Shown one piece after another: positions 30,000-41,404 of a stretch of 64,000 nucleotides of DNA; the first letter of the stretch is position 1; each line of letters begins with the position of its first letter. The DNA lies in NCBI RefSeq assembly GCF_009914755.1, contig NC_060926.1; one strand, given 5' to 3'. A program made the translations under genes and the position numbers. The notes under the pieces are model-generated. The model did not search any database. It had not been told where the DNA came from and saw only the letters and a program-made list of their open reading frames with translations. Origin of the DNA: the human T2T-CHM13v2.0 reference genome, Homo sapiens.

Positions 30000-30529
30000 T
30001 GTGATGGTTAACATTGCGTGTCCACTTGACTGGATTGAAGGAGGCAAAGTATTGTTCCTGGGTGTGTCTGTGAGGGTGTTGCCGAAGGAGATTAACATTT
30101 GAGTCAGTGGACTGAAAGACACAGACCCTCAATCTGGGTGGGCACCATCTAAAATCAGCTGCTAGCATAAAAGCAGGCATGGAAAGAGCAGACTTGCTGA
30201 GTCTTCTGGCCTTCATCTTTCTCCCATGATGGATGTTTGTTACCTTCAAACATCAGACTCCAAGTTCTTCAGCTTTTGGACTCTTGGACTTTCACCAGTG
30301 ATTTGCCAGGGGCACTCAGGCCTTCAGCCACAGACTGAAGTCTGCACGATCAGCTTCCCTACTTTTGAGGTTTTGGGACTGGGACTGGTTTCCTGGCTCT
30401 TCAGCTTACAGACGGCCTATTGTGGGACTTCACCTTGAGATTGTGTGAGTCATTTCTCCTAATAAACTCCCCTTCATATGTTCATCTATCCCGTTAATTC
30501 TGTCTCTTTAGAGAACTGTGACTAATAAA
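30000..30529 (+). mobile_element. MLT2A2 solo LTR (HERV-L)
   Basis: TGTGATGGTTAAC...GAGAACTGTGACTAATAAA. Perfect TSD ATATC at 29995-29999 and 30530-30534. AATAAA at 30461-30466. Confidence 0.9.
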
Positions 30530-30864
30530 ATATCTTAGCCCAAAGTAAGTGAATTTCTATTTAGGGCTCATACAAGTGTTACTGGTCAGCAAGAGGCTTT
30601 CGTTCTGTGATAATTTAGAGACTTTGGATCCATCAATTTTTGGTCCTACCATTCCAGAGTCTTCTGCCTCTGGTCAGCACATGAAAGATAACAGAGTGAA
30701 AGGGGCTCTAAGGGCTTGTTTAGAGGTTCTAGCAAGTGAGCACAGCTACACATGTACCTTTGACTGAAGAACAATTCTCTTCTATCAGAGAAGATTGTCT
30801 TCTTCAACTGACTGCACAGTCTGGGGAGGGATGCACATGGATTTGTGAGGAAGGAAGAAGGCAA

Positions 30865-31827
30865 CCAAAAGAGACCTCAAATAGACAAAGCAATCGTGAG
30901 CAAAAAGAACAAAGCTGGAGGAATCAAAATTTCTAACCACAAAATATGATATAAAGCTGGAGTAACCAAAAGAGTATGGTACTGGCCTAAGACACATAGA
31001 CCAATGGAAAAGAACTGAGAAACCAGAAATACATTCACACATTTATGTTCAACTAATTTTTGACAAAGTTGCCAGGAGTGCACAATGGGAAAAAAACAAT
31101 CTCTTCAACAAATGGTGTTAAAACAACTGGATATCCACATCCAGAAGAATGAACTTAAACCCTTATCTCATGCCACATACAAAACGCAACTCAAAATGAT
31201 TAAAGGCTTAAACATAAGGCCTAAACTGTAAAACTACTAGAAGAAAATATAGGAGAAAATCTCCTTGACATTGGTCTGGGCAGTGATTTTTTGAATATGA
31301 ATCTGAAAGCACAAACAACAAAGGCAAAAATAGACAAATGGAATTACAGCAACAAGAAAACCTTCTGCACAGCAAAGAAAACCATCAACAGAGTGAAGAG
31401 GCAAAATATGGAATAGGAGAAAATCTTTCTAAACCATACATTTGATAAGGGGTTAGTATCCAAAATATATAAAAAACTCAAACAACTCAAAAGTAAGAAA
31501 AAACACAATTAGAAATCAGCAAGTGATCTAAATAGATATTTCTCACAAGAAGACATATAAATGGCCAACAGGTATAGGAAAAAATGTTCAATATAACTAA
31601 TAATTAGAAAAATGCAAATTAAAATCACAATGAGATATCACCTCACACCTGTTAGAATGGCTATTGCAAAAAAAAAAAAAAAGTGTTGGAGAGGATGTGG
31701 ATAAAAGGGAACTCTAGTACGCTGTTAGTGGGAATATAAATTGGTACAGCCATTATGGTAAACAGCATGGACATTCCTCAAAAAATTAAAAATAGAACTA
31801 TCATGATTTAGCAATTTCATCTCTGGC
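30865..31827 (+). mobile_element. L1MA/L1MB-type ORF2 3' fragment, truncated at both ends
   Basis: caaagcaatcgtgagcaaaaagaacaaagctggagg...aaaaaattaaaaatagaacta; no 3' UTR or poly(A). Confidence 0.88.
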
Positions 31828-33621
31828 CTTTTACCAGGGTAACTGCGCATTGAGGAAAGGGAAATGATCAGACATTTCACGGACTACTGGACACTGGCTC
31901 TGAGCTGATGTTGATTCCAGGGGACCCAAAACGTCATTGTGGTCCTCCAGTTAAAGCAGAGGATTATGGAAGTCAGGTCATTAATGGAGTTTTAGCTCAG
32001 GTCCAACTTACAGTGGGTCCTGTGGGTCCCCAGACTCATCCTGTCATTTCCCCAGTGTCAGAATGCATAATTAGCATGGACATACTGAGCAGCTGAAAGA
32101 CCCCCACACTGGCTCCCTGACTGGTAGGGTAAGGATCATTATGGTGGGAAAGGCTAAATGGAAGCCATAGTAAATAGTAAATCTATTTAAAAATATATAT
32201 ATTTTATACATATATAATAAAATAAAACAATGTAGAATCCCTGGAGGGACTGCGAGATTAGTGCCACCATCAACGACTTGAAGGATGCAGGGGTGGTGAT
32301 TCCCACCACATCCTCATTCAACTCTCCCATTTAGCCTGTGCAGAAGACAGATGGATCTTGGGGAATGACAGTGGATTATCATAAGCTTAACCATGTAGTG
32401 ATTCCTATTGCAGCTGCTGTACCAGATGTGGTTTCATTGCATGAGCAAATTGACACATCTCCTGATACCTGGTATCTAGCCATTCACTTGGCAAATGGCT
32501 TTTTCTCCATTGCTGTCCATAAGGCCCACCAGAAGCAATTTGCCTTCAGTTGGCAAGGCCAGCAATATATCTTTGCTTTCCTACCTCAGTGGTATATCAA
32601 CTCTCTGGCTTTGTGTCATAATCTTATTTGGAGAGAACTTGATCGCTTTTTGCTTCCACCAGATATCACACTGGTTGGTTACATTGATGACATTATGCTG
32701 ATTGGATCCAGTGAGCAAGAAGTAGCAGACACACTGGACTTATTGGTGAGATATTTGTGTGCCAGAGTGTAGGAAATTAATCAGACTAAAATTCAGGGAC
32801 CTTCTACCTTAGTAAAATGTCTAGGGGTCCAGTGGTGTGGGGCTTGTCGAGATAGTCCTTCTAAGGTGAAGGATAAGTTGCTGCATTTGCTCCCTCCTAC
32901 AACCAAGAAAGAGGCACAGCACCCAGTGGCCCTGTTTGGATTTTGGAGGCAACACATTCCTCATTTGGGTGTGTTACTCCGGCCCGTTTATCTAGTGACC
33001 CAAAAGGCTGCCAGTTTTGAATGTGATCCAGAACAGGAGAAGGCTCTGCAACAGGTCCAGGCTGCTGTTCAAGCTGCTCTGCAACTTGGGCCATATGACC
33101 CAGCAGATGCAATAGTGCTTGTGGTGTCAGTGGCAGGAGGATTTTAATAATCAAGTGGATAGAATGACCCATTCTGTGGACACCACTCAGCCTCTTTCCC
33201 CAGCCACCCCTGTCATCACCCAATGAGCCTATGAACAAAGTGGCCATCATGGCAGGGATTCAGGTTATATCTGGGTCTAGCAACATGACTTCCACTCACT
33301 AAGGCTGACCTGGCTACAGGTACTGCTGAGTGCCCAATTTGCCAGCAGCAGAGACCAACAATGAGCCTTCGATATGGCACCATTCCTCAGGGCGATCAGC
33401 CAGCTACCTGGTGGAAGGTTGATTATATTGGACCTCTTCCATCAAGGAAAGGGCAGAGGTTTGTCCTCACTGGAATAGACACTTATTCTGGATATGGGTT
33501 TGCCTGTCCTGCATGCAATGCTTCTGCCAAGACTACCATCCATGAACTCACGGAATGCCTTATTCACCATCATGGTATTCCACACAGCATTGCCTCTGAC
33601 CAAGGCACTCACTTTATGGCC
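31822..33621 (+). pseudogene. pol: HERV-L internal pro-pol fragment without LTRs
   Basis: Protease LLDTGSEL; RT KTDGSW.MTVDY, LPQWYINS and YIDD; integrase WKVDYIGPL...GIDTYSG...SDQGTHF. Confidence 0.92.
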
Positions 33622-34318
33622 TTCATGACTAATTCATATTTCTAAAGGAAAGTGAAGAATGACTGATACCACTTTCAATTTTATCCATTATCTATTTTAG
33701 CTTCTGATAATGTTCAGATTAATCACCTCATTGCTGTATTCTGCATTTTGCATGATTGAGATTTCACATTAAGAAGGCCAAAGGACTCTAGTTCTGTGAA
33801 TATTAATGACTAGGTTGGCTTGTTAAATTATTTTTGCCAAGTTACCTTTGGCTTTTAATAACTATTAACAGTAGAAACAGTGGTCATATACTTTTCAGAT
33901 AGAGTTTTCTGTAACCTTCTCCTGGGGAATAAGAGTAACTGAGAAAAACTATCATATGGGATGAGAAGAACTTTTTGAAAGCAAAGGAAGAAGGTCATAT
34001 TGTCTACTTCAGTTCAAAAACAAAATTTTCAGCCCAAGTATCCTTAATGGCAGAGAGGAGTTAAACATAGACTGGAGGAACTGAGAACGGAAGCCCAAAG
34101 CTGATTTTTCCAAGATTTAATTGGCTTTATTTTTTCTGTGAAAGTTGTAAAACAATCCTGAGGTAAATTTACAAAATTCAAAAAGCACACATGCACAATT
34201 AGTGGCCCACAACTAACAGATCCGTATATATTATCCTAATCTTGTTTCTGCATGTAAGTACATATTTTTAATTAATTAATTCATTCATTATTAAGAGCTA
34301 CCTCTGTTCAATCTAGAT

Positions 34319-34509
34319 CAGCAGCTCTCAACCAGGGCACCTTTGCCTTCATAGGACATTTGCAAATATCTGGATAAGTTTTTGCCTACTGATACCTAGT
34401 GTGTAGAGGCCGGGGATAGTACAGAACATCCTACAATAACAAGACATCCTCTCACATCAAAAAATTATCCATCCCCAAATGTCACTAGTGCTGATGTGTA
34501 GAAACTTTA
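34319..34509 (+). mobile_element. MER20
   Basis: CAGCAGCTCTCAACC...GTAGAAACTTTA. 8-bp TSD atctagat/atgtagat. Confidence 0.8.
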
Positions 34510-34606
34510 ATGTAGATGCTAGGAATTCAGTGGTTTATAAAACAAAGTTGCTGCTTTTATGAAGCTTTTCTCTGTTTGAGTAGTAAACAAATACGTAAAA
34601 TGGAGG

Positions 34607-34673
34607 CAAAACATGGGACTTATGGGAACTACAAGATGAAATTTGCATCGGGACACAGAGCCAAACCATATCA
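34607..34673 (-). mobile_element. THE1-type LTR terminal fragment (~65 bp)
   Basis: ...ctacaagatgaaatttg...gggacacagagccaaaccatatca matches the THE1 LTR terminus. Confidence 0.7.
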
Positions 34674-35029
34674 GACAGCTGAATTAGAAGCTGGGATTCA
34701 ATATTGTGATTATTCAGGTCAGTTTTTTTTTTTTTTTTTTTGCCACCAAATCTAGAGTTTTTATTTTCCTGTTCTATTGTTCAAGAAATACCCCAGAGGG
34801 CTGTCCAACTACTTCATTAGTAAAGACACCATGATCAACTAGCAACTGCCAAATAAGTCTCCAGGCCAAAGCACTCTGATTACTGCTATGTGCCTGCTTC
34901 CCTTTCCAGTAGACATACCCCTCTTGTATTTTGTGGTTAAGTCTGGCCTCTGCTACTCCTGGATTTCATCAACTCCATTGAAATCAGGGAACCCTTCTCA
35001 GTGGTAGGAATCTTAGGATCATACCTGAC

Positions 35030-35290
35030 TTACTAAAAGTACACAATTTGAGGTGCTTAGGAAGCTGTTGGCCGCTAGTTGCTGCTAGACACAGTGCAGT
35101 GCAGGAGCCTGGCCAGAGCAACACATCAAAACCAGAAAGTAAGTTGTCCTCTTCAAGTGTCCCTCTAGCGCCATCTACTGATAGTTTACATTGTCCTGGC
35201 TGTCAAAGAAGGAATATTTACAGGGTCCAAATTCTTCATCATAGAAAAGACAACTTGAAGCTAAGGGGCAATAAATTGATAACTAGCATA
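35030..35290 (-). mobile_element. LTR41-like ERVL LTR
   Basis: Minus strand begins TATGCTAGTTATCAATTTATTGCCCCTTAGCTTC (LTR41-like) and includes a CTCF-type motif. The family call is from memory. Confidence 0.55.
35163..35181 (-). promoter_or_regulatory. Candidate CTCF site
   Basis: Minus strand TCAGTAGATGGCGCTAGAG versus the core CCASYAGRKGGCRS: one mismatch, CpG retained. Confidence 0.55.
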
Positions 35291-35409
35291 CCTTCTACTG
35301 TAAAAGTTTAACCATGACCATTTGGAGGCTTAAATGGAAGCTTCAAAGCCTTGGGGAACCAGAATTTATTTTTGCTCTGCCCTCATTGAAGATGTCTTAA
35401 GAACACAAC

Positions 35410-35662
35410 CAAATACGAGGAAGCAAGATGGAGAAAAAGAAGCAGCATGCTCCTTTCCTTTAAAGTGGTGACTTGGAATCTGTACACGTTGCTTCCACAT
35501 GTGTACCCATGTCCATAACCTAGTCACAGAGACACAACTAATAGTTACCTGGGAGGCTGCAGTCTTTAGCTGTGCAGCCAGTGACCAACTAAAATTCAAG
35601 GTTTCAATTACTATAGTAAGAATGGAGAATGGATATTGAAAACCAACTCCACTGCTATCTCA
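35410..35662 (-). mobile_element. Old MLT1 (K/L-like) LTR fragment
   Basis: Degenerate MaLR LTR-like motifs (cctagtcaca...gggaggctgcagtctttagctg...agaatggatattg). Confidence 0.4.
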
Positions 35663-36054
35663 GTGACATCAAATTTGGAATGTTTATTAGACATCCAAAT
35701 CTGCCTCATGCACCACCACTAAACTGAAATCATACAGTACCTGTTTTGTGATTGAACTTCTCCATTTAAAATATGTCTCATATTTCATAACGAGAAACAT
35801 TTTACTGCATCCTGACACCAAATGTTGCATTAGAGTTTATTTTATTAAAAGCCTATAATGTATTCGATCAGTCCCTTACTCCTAGACATTTCTGCTGCTT
35901 CCAATTTTTAGTATAAGAATAAAGCTCTATGTATTAGATAAGACTCTGCACACATTCTTATTTTTTTCATGTACGATGTGTTCTGAAAAGCTGTATTATC
36001 CAGTCAATAAGTATATGAATTTTTAAATGTTTGGTTATGTGTTGATAAATTACT

Positions 36055-36145
36055 TCTCAGAACAATATAAACCCACAGTGATGCATGAGATGCCTATTTA
36101 TATCTCAGAACAATATAAACCCACAGTGATGCATGAGATGCCTAT
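36055..36145. repeat. Perfect 43-bp tandem duplication with a 5-bp spacer
   Basis: tctcagaacaatataaacccacagtgatgcatgagatgcctat at 36055-36097 and 36103-36145. Confidence 0.95.
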
Positions 36146-37099
36146 AACACCCGATTTTTGTTTTATTTTTATTACTTGTCCATTTATTTGAGTCATTTGT
36201 AATTCTTCCTATCTATACTTTTGTAAAATATTTAATAAGATATGTTGTAATGTATTCTGATCAGAGATTTATACAATGTATACATAATATGACTCCATTT
36301 TAATGGGCTATATTTTTTTATGGGAAATATTGATATTTGTATATGGAAATATTGATATTCACTTTTTATCTGCACAAAGTACTTGCTTCCATATGATTCT
36401 TTTTAGTTTTCTAGCTATAAACTCACTTCATCTATAAATAGTGATTAGATTGTTGTGGCTGTAATAGTTCACATTTCTTTTTCTTTTCTTTTGTTTCAGC
36501 TGAAATATCTAAAGCACTATTAAATGCTTTAGAGGTGATACCAGTTGATCTTGTCTAGTTTCTCAGTGTAATTAGAACGCCTATACTATTTCACCACTAA
36601 GTATAATGCCATTGGTTAATACTATTACTCTGCATCATAATTGAGAAGCGTCTTTCTGTTACCAATGTATCAAGATTCAATCATCCAGACAATAGTTTAT
36701 CCTACAGGACTGTGGCATCAGCAGTGTTCTAGTTAACTTCAGGAGACATACATATAACAAAGTCTGTGAAAAATTGTAGAGATTTGGGGTTTTGTTTGCA
36801 ATGCTTACTGCTCAGTGGGGAATTACAGGTAACTCATTATCTGATTTTTGGGGCTTTGAAGTTTGGCGCTTGTGACCTGACACGGGTACTCCTAAACTGA
36901 TAAGGACATTAACAAAAATTAAGGTAGACCTGGAATTACAAGTCTGAAGAAACCCAATCTCCACCACATGAATAAGTCAGAAAATTTCGCTTTCCACTAC
37001 TCTGATATATGTCCTGCACATCAATTGTAATTCTAATATGTAGGTGAAGGCTTTGCACATAGTAGGCACTCAATACACATTGCTGAATGAAATTGTATA

Positions 37100-38479
37100 A
37101 CCCTGTAAAATCAATAGCAAGCTAGTTACTTCCTAGATACTATGGTGGTATAGGCGTTGGATAAATACAGCCATTCCAAATGGGAGAAACTGGCCAAAAC
37201 AAAGGGGTTACAGGGCCCATTCAAGTCCAAAATCCAGTGGGGCAGTCAAATTTTAAATCTCCAAAGTGATCTCCTTTGAATCCAGGTCTCACATCCAGGT
37301 CACGCTGATGCAAGAGGTGGGTTCCCATGGTCTTAGGCAGCTCCACCCCTGTGGCTTTGCAGGGTACGGTCTCACTCCTGACAGCTTTCATGGGCTGGCG
37401 TTGAGTGTCTGCGGCTTTTCCAGGTGCACAGTACGAGCTGTGGGTGGATCTAGCATTCGGAGGTCTGGAGGAGGGAGGATGGTGGCCCTCTTCTCACAGT
37501 TCCACTAGGCAGTGCCCCAGCCCTGCCCTAGCAGAGGTTCTCCATGAGGGCACTGCCCCCGCAGCAAACTTTTGCCCCAGCATCCAGGCGTTTCTATATA
37601 TCTTCTGAAATCTAGGCGGAGGTTCCCAAGCCTCAATTCTTGACTTCTATGCACCTGTGGGCTCAACACCACGTGGAAGCTCCCAAGGCTTGGGGCTTCC
37701 TCCCTCTGAAGCCACAGCTCAGGCTCTTTGTTGTCCCCTTTCAGCCATGGCTGGAGCAGCTGGGACACAGAGAACCAAGTCCCTAGGCTGCACACAGCCT
37801 GGGACCCTGGGGCCGGCCCATGAAACCACTTTTTCCTTCTGGGCTTCCAGGCCTGTGATGGGAAGGACTGCTGTGAAGGTCTCTGAAATGGCCTGGAGAC
37901 ATTTTCCCCACGGTCTTGGGGATTAACATTAGGCTCCTTGCTACTTATGCAAATTTCTGCAGTCTGCTTGAATTTCTTCTCAAAAAATTGGTTCTTCTTT
38001 TCTACTGCATTGTCATGCTGCAAATTTTCTGAACTTTTATGTTCTGTTTCCCTTTTAAAACGGAATGCTTTTAACAGCAACCAAGTCACCTTTAGAATGC
38101 TTTGCTGCTTAGAAATTTCTTCTGCCAGATACCCTAAATCATCTCTCTCAAGTTCAAAGTCTCATAAATCTCTAGGGCAGGAGCAAAATGCCAGCCGTCT
38201 TTTTGCTAAAATATAACAAGAGTCACCTTTGCCCCAGTTCCTAAGTTCCTCATCTCCATCTGAGACCACCTCAGCCTGGACCTTATTGTTGGTATCACTA
38301 TCAGCATTTTTGTCAAAGCCGTTCAACAAGTCTCTAGGAGGTTGCAAACTTTCCCATATTTTCCTGTCTTTTGAGACTTCCAAACTGTTCCAATCTCTGC
38401 CTGCTATCCAGTTCCAAAGTCACTCCCACATTTTCAGGTATCTTTTCAGCAACTCCTCTCTCTACTGATGTCAATTTAC
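37100..38479 (-). mobile_element. THE1-int (MaLR internal region), 3'-truncated
   Basis: Typical THE1-int sequence (cagccattccaaatgggagaa...; ORF remnants KIWESLQPPRDLLNGFDKNADSD). No second LTR at the left end. Confidence 0.88.
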
Positions 38480-38837
38480 TGTATTAGTTCATTTTCACAC
38501 TGCTGATAAAGACATACCCAAGACTGGGAGGAAAAAGAGGTTTTATTGGACTTAAAGTTCCACATGGCTGGGGAGGCCTCAGAATCATGGTGGGAGTCGA
38601 ATGGTGCTTCTTACATGGTGGCAGCAAGAGAAAATGAGGAAGAAGCAAAAGCGGAAACCCCTGATAAACTCTTCAGATCTTGTGAGACTTATTTACTATC
38701 ACGAGAATAGCACAGGGAAGACTGGCCGGCCCCCATGTTTCAATTACCTTCCCCTGGGTCCCTCCCACAACACATGGGAATTCTGGGAGATAGAATTCAA
38801 GTTGAGATTTGGGTGGGAACACAGCCAAACTACATGA
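38480..38837 (-). mobile_element. THE1 (A/B-like) 5' LTR
   Basis: tgtattagttcattttcacactgctgataaagacatacc...acacagccaaactacatga. Confidence 0.88.
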
Positions 38838-40669
38838 AATGGCAAAAGAATAAACTAATAGAATAGGAAAAAAATAGCTTACAGTTTTATGAAAGACAGT
38901 GAATTAATATTTTTGCTTTGTAAAAAGAATTTTCTAATTAAAATTTAAAATGGAATATCTCAATATAAAAGTGAGGCAAGGCCTGAAATATTGAATCACA
39001 AAAGAAATATAGATGACTAACAGGCATTTTGGAAAAAAAAGCTTGAGCTTAACAGAAAAAATGAATTGTTAAAAGATACCGTTATTCTCAAATTGTATAA
39101 CAGCAAACTTTTAAAAGTGATCATCTTCAATGATTTCAGAACTGCCATGGTATGCAAATTAGAAAGCAAACTGGTATAATATTTTGGAGATGATTAAGAT
39201 ACATATGCATTGCAATATTTTGTATACTAATTTCACATCTAGAATTAACAATAAGTTATTCATATTGGTGTTTGTGTGACTATCTAGAGGGATAATCACA
39301 GAAATTTTGTATCATTGTTAAATTGAAAATAACATAAATATCCAATCACATAGAAAGTTCATTCATTAATTTAGCCAGTGTTTGATTTGCCAATATGTTC
39401 CAGACAATGTGTTAGGGGTTCTAAGAAGAATGATTTTTTTTTTTAAGTAATTATTCTATGCTGGATGTGTTAAATGGGTTATATATAGTGTATACTACTT
39501 TCTTCTACTTAAAGTACCACCAAATGGTATATTTCAGTTGTTTTGATTTTACTGATGAATAAACTGAAGTAAAAGAGTTTACATAACTTGTGCAAAATGT
39601 TAGAGTACATGGAAGTACCTGAAAATGAGTCCAAAAGTTGTAATTCGTGCTTTTAAGCAATAAAACTTACTAGTATTAATCAAATGGCATTCATTTGCTA
39701 TTTATTACACATTTCTGAGACTTTCATAAATATTATATTTATGTAATAGCTTAATAAAGTAAATACAAGTATTATGCTAGTTTATCAGGTTAGGACATCA
39801 TTGTACTAGAAGGACAGAGTAACTTATCTAAGTTCCTCACATAGAAGGTAGAAACCAGGATTAAAAATAGGTAGTCTTAAATCAAAGAATAAACTACTGA
39901 CTTATAATTTTAGGGAAAATATTTCATTAAAACATTCTTGCTGAAAATGATTTTTAAAACTTTATCTCTTACTTGATAAATTATATTAGAAAAATTACAA
40001 TTGATAATATAATATAAACTTTTTAAACCAAACAACATAGCAACAGATAATTAGACATACTATTTGTAAAATATAGAAATTTATAAGAGTGGAGACCAGC
40101 AAATATAAAGAGGAAAGAATAAAATATTGAAATAAATATTTTAGAAGGCATTTTCTAGGAAAGATCGGTGTCTTCAACTTAAAAGAGCATTTGAAGTACC
40201 AGATAATATTAAATAAAGACACACTGACCAAATAAAATGTGATTTTATTTTTTAAATTTTCAAAATAAAAATATTTATATTCACTCAGATTAAAAAATAT
40301 ATAGCTTACAAATATAAAAATTACACATTTAATTCTGCCTTACTTTCCCAAATACTAAATATTGAAAGATAACATTTTCAATATTTTCATAGTTTAGCAT
40401 AAATTAACACTCAGTCAAATTATAGTTAATATGTAAATTTTATAGAAAGATATGATGGGCTATTAGTTGAAACAAATAAACCACAAAACATACTACCTTT
40501 TCTGGAAAGTAAATTCTTAAATAAATAGTCCAACCAATCAAGAAAATTAAAAGAATCAAACACAAACCAAAAATAAGGAAGACATATTCAATTAAAAGCT
40601 AATATTGATGAAAAAATACAATTAAGGTTTGCATTTAAAGAATTAACGTTAACTTTTTACTAAATAATA

Positions 40670-40973
40670 TATATATATATATATTTTTTTTCTGAGACAG
40701 AGTGTCACTCTGTCACCCAGGCTGAGTGCAGTGGCACGATCTTGCTCACTGCATCCTTCACCTCCTGGGCTCAAGCGATTCTCCTGTCGCAGCCTCCTGA
40801 GTAGCTGGGATTACAGGCATGCACCACCACGCCCGGCTAATTTTTGTATTTTTATTAAAGATGGCATTTTGCCATGTTTTTCAGGCTGGTCACGAACTCC
40901 TAACCTCAAGTGATTTGCCCACCTTGGCCTCCTAAAGTGCTGGGATTACAGGCGTGAGCCACCATGCCCGGCC
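40670..40973 (-). mobile_element. AluS with a (TA)n-decayed tail
   Basis: Full dimer; TSD taaataata at 40661-40669 and 40974-40982. Confidence 0.92.
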
Positions 40974-41302
40974 TAAATAATAAATTATACTAAGAAATTC
41001 TTGAATGAGAAACATATCAAGCTGTATGAAACAATTAATAAACGGGATCTGAAATCACAGATCATTTCAGTGATTTGGAATTCAGTGTTGTTGAGAAAAA
41101 TTGAAGATTTACTGCATTTTCTATCTTCCTCAGAAAGATTCTAGCTCAATAGAAAAAAAATTGCAAAATAAAAATTCATAAAGATAAAAAGAAATATTTG
41201 TAAAAAAAATCAAGAATCACACACAGAAAGAATAATGTAGAGAAATGTTCTAAAAAGTAAATATGAAGACACATTACATATATAAGCAAATTAATAAAAA
41301 TG

Positions 41303-41374
41303 GGAAATTAATAGGAAATATGGAAATTAATAGAAATTAATAGGAAATAAGGAAATTAACAGGAAATATGGAAA
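41303..41374. repeat. Short ~19-bp minisatellite (ggaaattaataggaaatat)
   Basis: Three to four imperfect copies. Confidence 0.7.
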
Positions 41375-41404
41375 GAATAATGATAATATCAGACAAAATA
41401 TACT

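Noticed and set aside
32338-32772. Functional HERV-L reverse transcriptase (YIDD intact)
   Set aside because: Flanked by stops and frameshifts, RNase H is deleted, and there is no linked promoter.
30000-33621. MLT2A2 as the 5' LTR of one provirus with an L1 inserted in it
   Set aside because: The LTR has its own perfect TSD and is followed by non-viral sequence with no PBS or gag, and the L1 fragment has no tail or TSD.
33630-33660. L1 resuming after the HERV-L block (catatttctaaaggaaagtgaa)
   Set aside because: Similarity lasts only ~20 bp of AT-rich sequence and then disappears; it cannot be distinguished from chance.
29345-34509. The two MER20 copies as a local duplication or composite transposon
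   Set aside because: They are highly divergent from each other and the second has its own TSD, so they are independent insertions.
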